Assembly: GCF_006345805.1 (NCBI RefSeq)
Contig: NC_043024.1
Span: 15,686,001 to 15,750,000 of the forward strand
Source: Octopus sinensis
Lineage: Eukaryota
DNA: 64,000 nt
Direction of reading: 5' to 3'
Shown: piece after piece, positions 26,813 through 38,975 of the stretch
Numbering within the stretch: the first letter of the stretch is position 1
How the letters are laid out: every line of letters starts with the position of its first letter
Notes under the pieces: model-generated
Database searches by the model: none
Told to the model about the DNA's origin: nothing
Seen by the model: the letters and a program-made list of their open reading frames with translations, nothing else
Translations under genes and position numbers: made by a program

Positions 26813-27215
26813 AATATAAAATGCAGAATCTGGTCTACAAAATTACAGGAATATCAGAGAGAAAGAGAGAGAGAGAACAAACCTTATATGCTATACACTG
26901 TATTTCATTTATTATTTCTCATCTGTTTTATACGAGGCTTTTTATGACCAGTGGCATTGTTAGTTCTTGGTCTCCAATGAGCCAATCACTGGTTGGCTGG
27001 AATTTATGATGGTGAGAGTGACAAGGAAATGTCTGTGCATTTTGCTGAGAATAAATATCACACAGGGTATTTTTGTTCAAATGCACAGGTTTATCAGATT
27101 TCTTGTTGTTATTTATATTTTACATCTGTACCGTTACACCCGCCACACACACATTTCTGTGTGTGTGTGTGTGTGTGTATAATTTACAATTATATATATA
27201 TATATATATATATAT

Positions 27216-27817
27216 AGGCGCAGGAGTGGCTCTGTGGTAAGTAGCTTGCTAACCAACCACATGGTTCCGCGTTCAGTCCCACTGCATGGCATCTTGGGCA
27301 AGTGTCTTCTACTATAGCCTCAGGCCGATCCAAGCCTTGTGAGGGGATTTGGTAGGCGGAAACTGAAAGAAGCCTGTCGTATATATGTATATATATGTGT
27401 TTGTGTGTCTGTGTTTGTCCCCCTAGCATTGCTTGACAACCGATGGTGGTGTGTTTATGTCCCCGTCCCTTAGCGGTTCGGCAAAAGAGACCGATAGAAT
27501 AAGTACTGGGCTTACAAAGAATAAGTTCTGGGGTCGATTTGCTCAATTAAAGGCGGTGCTCCAGCATGGCCGCTGTCAAATGACTGAAACAAGTAAAAGA
27601 GTATATATAACTATATATAATGACATGCATTATATATAGTTGTCTATATAGGTGCATGCGTGGCTGTGTAGTAGGAAGCTTGCTTCCCAACCACATGGTT
27701 CCAGGTTCAGTCCCATTGTGTGGCACCTTGGGCAAGTGTCTTCTGCTATAGGCTTGCGCCAACCAAAGCCTTGCGAGTGGATTTGGTAGACAAAAACTGA
27801 AAGAAACCTGTCATATG

Positions 27818-27869
<52 letters not shown>

Positions 27870-28015
27870 TATATATATATGTCTCTGTATCTGTGTTTTT
27901 ATCCCACTACCACCACTTGATGGCTGGTGTTGGTTTGTTTACCTCTTAGTGGTTTGGCAAAAGAGATTGCTAGAATGAATACTAGGCTTCAGCAAATAAG
28001 TTCTAGGGTTGATTT
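27216..28015 (+). mobile_element. Two tandem SINE A copies (27216-27603 young, 27650-28015 degraded)
   Basis: Family A match. Confidence 0.88.
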
Positions 28016-28019
28016 GTGT

Positions 28020-28890
28020 GATGGAACACCTCGAGAATTACGTTAAGGGTTTGTGTGTCTGTGGAGTGTTTAGCCACTTGTATGTTAATTTTACCAGGTG
28101 GCTGTTTGGCTGATCAGATCAGCTAGAACCCTCATCATCATAACTGATGGAACATCTCGAGAATTACGTTAAGGTTTGTGTGTCTGTGGTGTACTCAGCC
28201 ACTTGTACATTGATTACAAGTGCTTGCTTTTCTGTCGATTGGATCAACAGGAACCTTCGTCATAACTGATAGTGCTGGTAGAACAGTATGAGGTGTTCCA
28301 GGTTTCTGTGAAATGGTGTTAAGAATGGCACCCACCTGTAGATACCTAAGTAGAAATTGGAACATGGTGCAGCTCTCTGGCTTGTTTGTTCATGTGGAGC
28401 CATACAGCCCATGTCAGCATGGAAAAAGGGATGTTAAATGATGATGATATATACATTATATGTTATTGCATAATAAATAAATATATATATGGATATGTTT
28501 ATACATAACATACAAGAAATAGACTCCCTCATATGTCAGGGGACCAAAAATTCTGGTGGTTTTGCTGTTTGAGAAGATACGTCAAGCTGAGTAAAATCGC
28601 AGTTGTCCTTGCATATAGGTATGTCCCCTGCAACCCTCTTCAACTGATCGATCGTAGTCTTGTGGGCTCATGGATGCTGGTTCCAGGTAAAAAAACACTT
28701 ATACTGGTGCCTCGTAAAGACACCCATGCTGGAGCTGCATAAAAGTACCCAGTAAACTCTGTAAAGTGGTTGGCATTAGGGAAGGCATCCAGCCACAGAA
28801 ACCATGCCAAAATATATATGGAACATGGGCAGCTCCTGTCAAACTGTCCAACCCATGACAGCATGGAAAATGGGCGTTAAATGATTATGA
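28020..28890 (+). mobile_element. Tandem SINE E tail fragments (28020-28280) and family D 3' fragments (28330-28445, 28735-28890)
   Basis: Matches to the 45186 tail and to the D tail. Confidence 0.7.
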
Positions 28891-29846
28891 TGATTATACA
28901 CACACACACACATATACTAACAAAGCAGGTTACATAATTAATGATTTTGAGTAAGGCTCCATTGACCTCTAGTCATCATTTGTGCATGTTTACATCCAAG
29001 ATGACCTCTGTAAAACAGCTGTTGAGGATGTGAGATGAGATGTGCCCACTCACCATTTTGGAAAATCAAATTTTTTGTTTCTAAGGAAAAATATTCTTAA
29101 TGCAGGGCAAGAGGTCATGGCTGAAAGAGTTATATCACGTGATATGAGAAACGATAAAAAAATTGTTAAACTGTAAATAAAAGTATGAAAGGAGAGGAAA
29201 ATAAAAATAAAGTGAGAAGAAAAGTGTGAGGGAGAAAGAAAGCAATAAAGGCTGAAAGAACTATCAGAAGGAGAGAGGGAAGAAAGAAGAGAGGAATGCT
29301 GAAGAAGAAGAAAGAATGGAATGAAGAGGTTGGACAAAGGTCAAACAAGAAGCAAATGTGGCAACTGTGCTATGGTAGCTTAGACAAGTAGCAGAGGAAG
29401 TATTTCTTCTTGTGCAAACAAGGTACAAAAGTCTCAAACTTAGAATTCAGTTATAATCCATGTTAATGAGTATTAGTCTCTTTTCCATTTTATATTGGTT
29501 TATTATCCACACCAAATCACACACAATATATACAGTACATTTTACATACAAGATATCATATATATAACGTAAATATATAGTACATTATATGTAATATATA
29601 TGTGTGTATACATTATATTTATATAACATATAATATACATCTTATATAAAATAAAACTGGTTCTCCTCTGGTCAAGAGTTCTGGATGAGCCTTCCTCATG
29701 GCAGGAAACCCAGATGAGGCAGCAGCAACAAACTTGCTCATTTATATACTCTATTACATACTAGAGTACTTCCCGTCAAACTACAGTATCTTTTGAAGTA
29801 TACCTTTGTGACCATGGGGCACAGTCATTATATATATATATCTATA

Positions 29847-29897
<51 letters not shown>

Positions 29898-30176
29898 GGA
29901 AAATACCCCGAAACATGTCTGCAGATGCCTGACCAGCAAAGGGAAGCGGCTGACCTTCCCTGTTCAAAGGTTATAATGGACACAGGTTTGTGTGTCATAT
30001 AGCTAGCTAGAGGCGATGACCTCTTGGAGCTAATCAACGGCAGCTTTTGTCCTATATTTATGGACTGCCATATTAGCTTGGCGATAACTATTAATATTCT
30101 GTACCACTGCCGTAGTCTCCTTTAGAGAGACTTAGAAATAATAATATTTCTATTATATATATATATATATATATAC

Positions 30177-30292
30177 ACTGCCAGATCAGACTGGGTCTGA
30201 TGCAGCCTCCTGGCTTCCCAGACCCCAGTCGAACTGTCCAACCCATGCTAGCATGGAAAGCGGACCTTAAACGATGATGATGATGATGATGA
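30177..30292 (+). mobile_element. Family D 3' fragment
   Basis: ccatgctagcatggaaagcggac..(GAT)n. Confidence 0.85.
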
Positions 30293-30888
30293 TACACACA
30301 CACACACACATACCTTCTTGCGACAATGTAAACTTTCATTTAATCTAGACTTCCTTGGTTCTACTCGCTAAGAAACATATGTAGCGCAGATCTTATCTAT
30401 TCCATTACTTAGCTCTTGTATTCTTAATTGCACACCCAGCAACCCTGGTCACCTACCGTGAAATATAAAAAGAACTTTTTTCAGTTTATCATACTTCGAT
30501 AAAAAAAAAATGCACAACCTTCCGTCTCAATAAACCACTATTGTCCCTGAAAGTTGTTTTTTATATTTACTACGGATTGCTTTAAGCTAACTTTCTACCT
30601 ATACCTTGATCCTTGGATCTTTGTATATATATATATCTTAGTCAGTCAGTGGAAGAACTTCACTACCTCATATGTTCTTAAAATTTAAATCCACATCTTT
30701 GTCTGTATATCTACCTTCTCTATAATGTTGCCACTTGATTTGAAAATTTTTGTATTAATAGAAAACCTCTATAATTGGCTGATGAGTACTCAGCATCTTA
30801 AATCTGTTGTAATACTTACAACATTTAATAAAATGATGTAGTACAAAATGATCGTACCAAATTACCGGAGTCATTCTTGTTGCTTATT

Positions 30889-30965
<77 letters not shown>

Positions 30966-31629
30966 GATAGATAGATATATATATATATATTAAAATAATA
31001 AGGGTGAAAAATTGAATGTTAATTTGATTAATATCAATTTAAAACCAGTGGTCTAGCATATAGAAAAAACTGAAGATTCAGAAAAATTATATTACATACA
31101 TATAAGAGCATCATCCCCCTTATATGTATGTAATTATATATATATATATTATATATATATCTATGTATGTATGTATGTTTGTGTATTTATCAACATAGAA
31201 ACATGCATACATAAACGCGCTCACACATACACACAGACTAAGAGGAGGGATATAATGTCCATGCAGATACCGAATTTCTCCATGTAAAATACCAAGGCTG
31301 GTTCCTTCAGATGGTGCTTTTATGGTAAATTTCCTTTAACCTCCATCTGATGTTACAGTTTTTTCCTGGTTACATAAAGTGTAAAGTACAATATTGATAA
31401 TAAGGAGAAAGAAGAATTTGAACATTCAAACTTTGTTTATTTACAGTAGGTTTATTCATGATAATTTTCTGATACATTTTCATTCACATTAATTGCATAT
31501 TGTTGCATATTTATATGCACCGATTTATGCATTATTAGTACAATCTCTTCAGTGTGTATAAATATGACTTTGTTCAAACTGGAATTTTCCTCCTCTATTA
31601 GTTTGAATTAAGCTTGGTAGTAGTATGAC

Positions 31630-31996
31630 TAATAATAATAATGAAATTATTGTGTACATTGCTCAGGTGCACTAAAACTCATCAAAGGTGCATATACAGT
31701 ACATAGAATTATATGCAAAAGTCAGACAAGCGAACAGTGTATGAGTCATGATATACATGTGTGCATGCATATAGAAGCAGAGATATCAGGTGTAGTGTTG
31801 GCAAATTTCAGGAATCATGGAAGTTTTGAAGGATGCAATGTCTCAGCAACTAACAACTGATGCAAGCAGTTTGTTCCATGTCGCAGCAACTCTGAGTGTG
31901 AAAAGATGTTTCCAAAAGTCATGGGAGCTGTGTTGTTTTCTGACTTGGTAGGCATGCCCACATGTGTTAGACACATGGAGTTCAAAAATGTGCTCG
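31630..31996 (-). mobile_element. CR1/L2-clade LINE 3' end
   Basis: TCGHAYQVRK...KHLFTLRVAATWNKLLASVV...SFK matches the CR1 C-terminal pattern TRGH..KL..FF..RV...WN.LP..VV. Confidence 0.8.
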
Positions 31997-32490
31997 GGGG
32001 GTTCCTCCCTGGTCAATGTCTCAACTTCTTCAAGTATCACTTGAAAAGGAAAGTGAGAGTAGAGAGGAAAGTTTTGTCTAGTGAATGCTTCAAAAAAAGA
32101 TGGGTGAATGTAGCAAGGATGGCACGTATGAATAACGAAGCCACCTTGAGCATAATCCTATGAACCTGGAAAAATTTAAAACAGAGAGTTACTTACTTGC
32201 AAATAAATGTGTTAACATGTGACATTATTGACTGAGGTTACCATGGTCTTTTCCGTAGGCTTTTCTTTCCATGGATAAACCTCATCTGCTTCCCTCTTTA
32301 CACTTTACATCATGACATTTCTGTGATACATGATTCCTATTGATCGTGTTTTTTTTCTTTCTTTCCTTTTTACGATCCCTTTTGATTGAAAACCTACCCC
32401 ACTTTTTTTTCTCTCCCCAAAAAGAAAAGCTCTACTTTCTAATTTGTCCTGTCTGTGTTCAGCCCTGTGAAGCTAATAAACAAACATAAT
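31997..32490 (+). mobile_element. Probable L1/Tx1-like LINE 3' end with 3'UTR
   Basis: FFKYHLKRKVRVERKVLSSECFKKRWVNVARMARMN* followed by a T-rich UTR and ...agccctgtgaagctaataaa. The clade call is from motif recall only. Confidence 0.6.
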
Positions 32491-32683
32491 AATTTTGTGG
32501 GTGTTTACCAAGTCAGTTGCCAGACATCAGGGCTTCGATATATCAATGCCCAGAGAAGCAAAGTGTTCAGTAAACCCTGATGTTTATCGGTGAGCTGCTT
32601 TCCACAACTGATTGTTTGAGTACTGTTCAGCATTTTCACCTTTATATATATCATCATCATCATCATCCTCATCATTTAATGTC

Positions 32684-33070
32684 AATGCACGCCGGGCAAC
32701 ATGTTTAGCTGTATTTCGTCTGCTGCTATGTTCTGAGTTCAAATTCCACTGAAGTCAACTTTGCTTTCCATTCTTTCAGGGTTGATAGATTAAGTACCAG
32801 TTACGCACTGGGATCGAAGTAATCGACACATACCCTCCCAAAAATTTCAGGCCTTGTGCCTATAGTAGAAAAGATTACTATTATTATCAATATCATTATT
32901 ATTATTTTCACCCATGTTTACGTTCTGAGTTCAAATTCTGCCTTGGTTGACGTTGCCTTTCATCCTTTCGGGGTCAATAAAATAAGTACCAGTTTAAGCA
33001 CTGGAGTTTAACTGTCATCAGCTTACACCCTCTCCCAAAAATTGCTGGCCTTGTGCCAAAATTTGAAACT
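32684..33070 (+). mobile_element. Two 5'-truncated SINE B (tail type ii) copies directly upstream of the 33125 acceptor
   Basis: Core and ...ggccttgtgcc tail. Confidence 0.82.
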
Positions 33071-33124
33071 GTTATTATATAAAGATTTCTAAACTAATTC
33101 CCTTTCTTTTCTCTTTTTTTCCAG

Positions 33125-33460
33125 GTCGACATAAAAGTTTCAAATTACGTCTCCCATCTATTAGAAAAGATTTTAGGGCCCCTAAGACAATTAGCGGGCT
33201 CCAAGATCCAGAAAATCCTCCTATTCTCGAAGAATCTGTACCTCTTAACCAAATTTCCACTCCTGATTCAACAGTTCCACATCAGACGTCGCCATCAAGA
33301 AAGAAGATTGAAAGCCTACAATCTGACTCCAGTAGCCTACTTGAACCTAAGTCTCATCTGGAGGATCACAGTGAGCTGAGGAGAGCCTCCTCGTTAGAGG
33401 GATTAACTCAGCACCAATCGCTCGATGCTGATGACAAGATTCGGACTAATAGTGAGCCAC
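33125..33460 (+). CDS. KCNH2: ERG-type K+ channel internal exon, proximal N-terminus (GRHKSFKLRLPSIRK...ELRRASSLEG...TNSEP)
   Basis: Pyrimidine tract + ccag acceptor ending 33124, GTAAGT donor at 33461, 336 nt, phase 1-1, open frame. GRHKSFKLRLP aligns to hERG GRAKTFRLKLP and RRASS to the hERG RRASS PKA motif. The symbol denotes the ERG orthogroup. Confidence 0.9.
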
Positions 33461-34344
33461 GTAAGTTGACTAGTTCTCTAAGTCTACAAAAAAAATAATA
33501 AACGCAAAAAAAATTAACATTATTTGATATATGTTTAATGAAAATATATTTTGGCTACCTTCATATTTATCTGTACCTATGTATCTGTCTGTCTATCTCT
33601 CTCTCTCTGTATATATATATATATATATATCCTTTATACTGTATCAAACTTTCATGCATTTATTTGAAAAGTTAAGGCAGTTATTAAAAATTGAAACCCA
33701 TCAATGACTTTTGGGACACTGTATATATCTATGTGTGTGTGTGTATATACTTTAGTCAAAAGTAGCAGAAATATAACAAAAGCTGTTACTCGGAGTTTCA
33801 TGTTCCCGTTAACAAAACTGTCCGACAAACGGGATCGTGAAACTCTGAGTAACGGCTTTTGTTATATTTCTGCTGCTTTTAAATAAAGCATATTACTCTA
33901 CCTCTGGTGTTTGAGTACTCTATCTTTTCCACCTTGTTTCACATTTATGTGCTTACTCCGGTATATATATATATATATATATTGTGCATGGGGAGAGTCA
34001 TGTTATCTTAATGCTTTATTATCTAACACACTCACTGGTTTGATTTCCACTCATTTATTGTTTATTTTTTTTCTTACAAAATTTTTTTTGTCTTTTGCAA
34101 CTTTGACAATGGATAAAGGCAACGAAAATTTTGGAAGAAAGAATAAAAATAATAAATGAATGGAAATCGGACTGGTGTGTGTGTGTGTGTTAGATAGTAA
34201 GCATTAAGACAATATAACTCTCCCCAGACACAACATAATTTGCTTCAATTCATGTATTCATATAAAGAATATTGCAAACCAGATACAAAAACGAAATTGT
34301 GTGTGTGTGTGTATGGTCACTCAGGTTTTTGTTGGAGATAGTAT

Positions 34345-34785
34345 GTAAGCATTGCATATGTAAAGTGCCAAGCTGGTTGTTGTGCTTTCATAACAGTGAG
34401 GTACTAACAATATGAAACGTATCAGGTGTTGAAGCCATCCTCATCAAAATACAGCTAAGATGGTCAGGTCATCCCTCACATATGAGTGATATCAGAATTC
34501 CAAAGCAACTTCTCTTAGGCCAATTCCCAAAAGGGAGGTCTGTTGGAAGGACCCATTTGTACTTCAATGACAAACTGAAAGACAATCTGAAGTGAGACAA
34601 CATTGCCTTTTCTTCCTGGTTCCTGGGAAAGCTAAGCATCAGAACGCAGAACCTGGCACCAATCCTGCTTCTTCTCGGTTCAAAGACCTGACCGAGTCAA
34701 CTCCAATATTGGCACCAACTTCGTGCAAGCATGAAGGCACATTGGCAAAATGCTGCTCTTCTAAATGGATAATAAAATGTTTGTT
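34345..34785 (+). mobile_element. RTE/BovB-type LINE ORF2 C-terminal remnant
   Basis: VEAILIKIQLRWSGHPSHMSDIRIPKQLLLGQFPKGRSVGR...DKLKDNLK. Confidence 0.85.
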
Positions 34786-34793
34786 ACACAGTA

Positions 34794-35265
34794 TACTCTC
34801 TTTTACTTGTTTTAGTCATGTGACTGTGGCCATGCTGGAGCACCACTTTTAGTCGAACAAATTGACCCCAGGACTTATTCTTTGTAAGCCTAGTACTTAT
34901 TCTATCGGTCTCTTTTGCTGAACCTCTAAGTTACAGGGACATAAACACACCAACATTGGTTGTCAAGCTGGCTGGAATGGCAGTCTGTCGTAGGAATACT
35001 TCAGGCCTTGTACCTAAAGTAAAAAAGAATATTTTATCATCCCTAAGGCACCAAGCTTGGCAGAATTGTTAGTATGCTGGGTGAAATACTTGGTGGAATT
35101 TCGTCTGTCTTTATGTTCTAAATACAAATTCCACCAAGGTTGACTTTGCCTTTCATACTTTCAGGGTTGATAAATTAAGTACCAGTTGCATATTGGAGTT
35201 GATCTAATTGACTGGTCTCTCCCCTCCCAAACTTTTGGGCCTTGTGCCTAGAGTAGAAAAGAATA
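34794..35265. mobile_element. SINE A tail half (minus, 34794-34968) and SINE B type ii (plus, 35048-35265)
   Basis: Family matches. Confidence 0.82.
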
Positions 35266-35589
35266 TTATGTATATATTCTTATATATTCTGTTTCAAATA
35301 TTATACTTATAATATGTTTGCTGGTGTATTTCTTATTCAGTTTGAGAATTCCGATAATGATACTAACAACAGTCTGTCTGATTAGAAACTGAGAGTAATC
35401 AATAAGCAATTTATATTGATTTATCAATAGTTGTGAGGTGGGTCTATGGAATTGTACTTTGAGTTTTATCTAAGAAATCAATTATGCTAAGGTCCTCTTG
35501 GACAGATTGTTAATGGTATTTTGTATGATACTGCCATGCAGCACTGAAATAACAAAAGAAAAAAATATTAGCTGTATTGATAATAATAA

Positions 35590-35921
35590 TAATAATAATT
35601 CTTTGTGCATCAGGCACAGGGTCTGAAATTTTGGGGTAGGACCATAGTCAATTACATTGACCCCAATGTTCAAATGCTACTCATTTTATCGACCCTGAAA
35701 GCGTATATTATTATTCTTTTCTACTCTAGGCACAAGGCCTGAAATTTTGGGGGAGGGGGCCAGTCAATTAGATCGACCCTAGTACATAGCTGGTACTTAA
35801 TTTATCAACCCCGAAAGCATGAAAGGCAAAGTTGACCTCGGAGGAATTTGAACTCAGAACGAAATACTGCTAAGCATTTTGCTTGGCATGCTAGCCACTC
35901 TGCCAGCTCGCCACCAGGATA

Positions 35922-35952
<31 letters not shown>

Positions 35953-36420
35953 TTTACTATTAAGGCATCAAGCTGGCAGAAATATTACTCTGCCATAATT
36001 GGGATAATAATTCTTTCTACAGTAGGCATGGGGCTGGAAATTTTGGGATAGGGAGCTCGTCAATTACTTCAACCCCAGTGTCTAACTGGTACTTATTTTA
36101 TCGACTCTGAGAGGATGAATAGCAAAGTTGACCTCACTGGAATTTGAACTCAGAACATAAAGATGGATGCAATGCTGCTAACCATTTTGTTTGGTGTACT
36201 AGTGATTCTCCCAACTCACATCTTTGTATTAATGATGATGATGATGATATAATAATAATAATAATAATAATAAGTCTTTCTACTATAGGCACGAGGCCTG
36301 AAATTTGTGGGGAGGTATTAGTCGATCACATTGAGGGGGGAGTTGATCACATCACTGGTGCTTATTACATTGACCCTGAAAGGATGAAAGGCAAAGCAGA
36401 CCTCAACCGAATATGAATTC
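35590..36420 (-). mobile_element. Stack of SINE B type ii copies or fragments in minus orientation separated by (ATT)n
   Basis: Repeated reverse-complement core gaaaggcaaagttgacctc..gaatttgaactcagaac. Confidence 0.82.
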
Positions 36421-36428
36421 AGAAGTTC

Positions 36429-36462
<34 letters not shown>

Positions 36463-36464
36463 GA

Positions 36465-37023
36465 GAATGCCCTGATGCAGTACCAGGCAGTGACTCTCAT
36501 GGCTTCTGATCTTAACTGATTGGAAGTGTTATCATGTACATTGTTTTGTCTTGGTATAAAAGATGGGCTACAGCAAATATTCTGCTCAATACCACAGATT
36601 TGCTTGTCAGTTGTTTGACCATAACCAGTTGAGCATGTCCCTTAGTGACTGACGATATGTGCATCTCTGATCACGAGCAGAAGTAGTGGGGGAGCATCAT
36701 AGCCATGTGTTGAGGGGGATTCTTTGGGGTTTGAATAATTCACCTCTGGAAACACGGGTGTTTCATTCAACATCCTTAAACAACCCTTATTCAGGGACCT
36801 TTTAGAGTGGGATGGGCTACTCAACCTGAAGAAAATTCTAACTGGACCCCACCTGCAAGGTCATGTGCTGTTTATCTTGATATGAGATCACCATGTCATG
36901 CACATATGGTTGTAATGCATGTGCCTAGTGTACCCTTATCAGACGGGTACTCATAATGGGTATACTGGGTTCCGTATATTTTACCCCAGTGTCACTTTGA
37001 TGGCATGCACTGCTCTCTCACTC
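36465..37023 (+). mobile_element. Family C retroposon, full length, between (AAT)n tracts
   Basis: Starts tgccctgatgcagtaccaggcagtg and ends gcactgctctctcactc-aataat. Confidence 0.88.
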
Positions 37024-37333
37024 AATAATAGTAATAACAATAGTTTCAAATTTAGGCACAAGGCTAGCAATTTCAGGGGAGGGGGTAAGTTGATTACATC
37101 AACCCTAATACTGAACCATTGTTATTATTATTATAATTATTATTATTATGGCAGAGTCATTCAGAATACCTTTAATGATCTATCCAAGAGGACCCTAACA
37201 TAATTGATTTTGTAGATAAAACTCTAAAAGTACAATCCCTTGGACCCACCTCACCACTACTGATAAATTCATATTGAACTGGTACTTATTTTATCAACTT
37301 TCAAAAGGTAAAAATCACCCTCAGCATATATAT

Positions 37334-37566
37334 AAGGCGGTGAGCTGGCAGAAACGTTAGCACACCGGGCGAAATGCGTAGCCGTATTTCATCTGCCGTT
37401 ACATTCTGTGTTCAAATTCCACCGGGGTCGACTTTACCTTTCATCCTCTTGGGGTCGATTAAATAAGTACCAGTTAAGTACTGGGGTCGATATAATTGAC
37501 ATAATCCGTTTGTCTGTCTTTGTTTGTCCCCTCTGTGTTTAGCCCCTTGTGGGTAGTAAAGAAATA
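37334..37566 (+). mobile_element. SINE family B, tail type i
   Basis: Matches 15338-15569. Confidence 0.9.
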
Positions 37567-37612
37567 AATATATATATATATATATATATGTATCACATAT
37601 GTGTGATATATA

Positions 37613-38652
37613 TTGCATCATCTCATAAATAATGCAGTTTTTTTATACTTCTTTTATTTTTCAAAATTAAGATAAACAAAGTTCTTTGTTAATATAAGAT
37701 ATACTCTCCTTCATTTTCTACAATGCTCTTCCATCTATCTGGTAGATTCGCAAGGCGCCTCTTCCAAAATTCACTTGTCCATGACAAAAAATACTCCCCC
37801 AGTACTGTTCTGACCTTGTCTTCAGAATTCATATATTTTCCATCCAAGTGGTTTTGAAGACTGCTGACTAAATGATAATCAGATGGGACAATGTCCGGTG
37901 AATATGGTGGGTGGGGCATCGTTTCTCATTGAACCTGCTCCAGCCTTTGGAATGTCATCCTCACTGTATCTGGCTGAGCATTATCCTGATGCAGGAACAC
38001 TTTTCATCTTGAAACTAAAGCTGGTCGTTTTTCTTTTAGCGCTGACTAAAGCTGCTCAAGCTACTTGCAGTAGATCTCTTTTGTTATCGTTTGGTTTGGT
38101 CTTAAAAGTTCGAAGTGGACTAAACCTTTCATAACCCACCAAACAGATAACACCTTACGTGGGTGCAGACCTTCTTTAGCCTGGGGTGCCACTGTTTCTC
38201 CTTTTCTTGCTCACCGTCTTTGGCACTTGACATTTTTATAGAGAACCCATTTCTCATCAACAGTCACTATTCAGCCCCCAAAAGATTCATTTGTGAGACA
38301 TGACAGCAAAGAAAAGCACACATTCACTTTCTGCATGCAATTAGACTCAGAAAGTTTGTGAAGGACCTATTGACCCGATTTGCTGAATTCTTCTGATGGC
38401 ATGCTGCTTACACTTACTATTCCTTGCATTTACCATTGCATTGCTGCATTTATTGAACTCCTAAAGAAAAATATGCCAAATGAATAACTGTTAAAATTGA
38501 ACTGCACTCTTCAAAACCTGCACTAAGAATAAGTACAAGGTAAAATTACTGCTTGCTTTTATAGCAAATTGATGCAGGTAGTTTATCCCATCCCCCTCTA
38601 ACTTTTAGTTCATGCAATTGAAAAAAACTGCATTATTTATGGAATGACACAA
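37613..38652 (-). mobile_element. Degenerate mariner transposon (about 1.04 kb) ending 120 bp before the 38773 exon
   Basis: About 31-bp TIRs (..cataaataatgcagtttttt). VTVDEKWVLY, LHPRKVLSVWW, LHQDNAQP and PHPPYSPDIVPSDYHL motifs, with stops. Confidence 0.92.
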
Positions 38653-38772
38653 TGTGTGTGTTTGTGTGTGTAAGTTAATCTCTAAATGTATGTTTTTTTT
38701 TCCTATATGTCAACATTAATTGCCTCCCTTTATCATTATTCTATTTCTTTCTGTTTTGTTATATATTTGCAG

Positions 38773-38975
38773 CTCTAGCTAACCATGTTAGGTCCAATTT
38801 TATCAGTCAAGCTTCAAGTGACTCTGAACTAGCCAAACATAAAACAAAAGGTTATGATGACAGTATTGGCAATTTAATGGATGCCAAGAAAGACATAGAC
38901 GGTGTTTTATCGACAACTAAACTTCTACCCAATGTTCAGAATATGAAACAAAATGTTACAGAAAAATTAGGACTT
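38773..38975 (+). CDS. KCNH2: ERG channel exon (LANHVRSNFISQASSDSELAKHK...QNVTEKLGL)
   Basis: tttgcag acceptor, GTAAGT donor at 38976, 203 nt, phase 1-0, in frame with the previous exon. ASSDSEL matches hERG STSDSDL and NVTEK matches hERG HNVTEK. Confidence 0.93.

Noticed and set aside
30779-30810. CTGATGAG hammerhead-like start (also 14022)
   Set aside because: No stem II-GAAA-stem III follows.
36465-36540. HDV-like ribozyme at the 5' end of family C
   Set aside because: I could not build P1 and P3 pairings by hand, so it is not supported.
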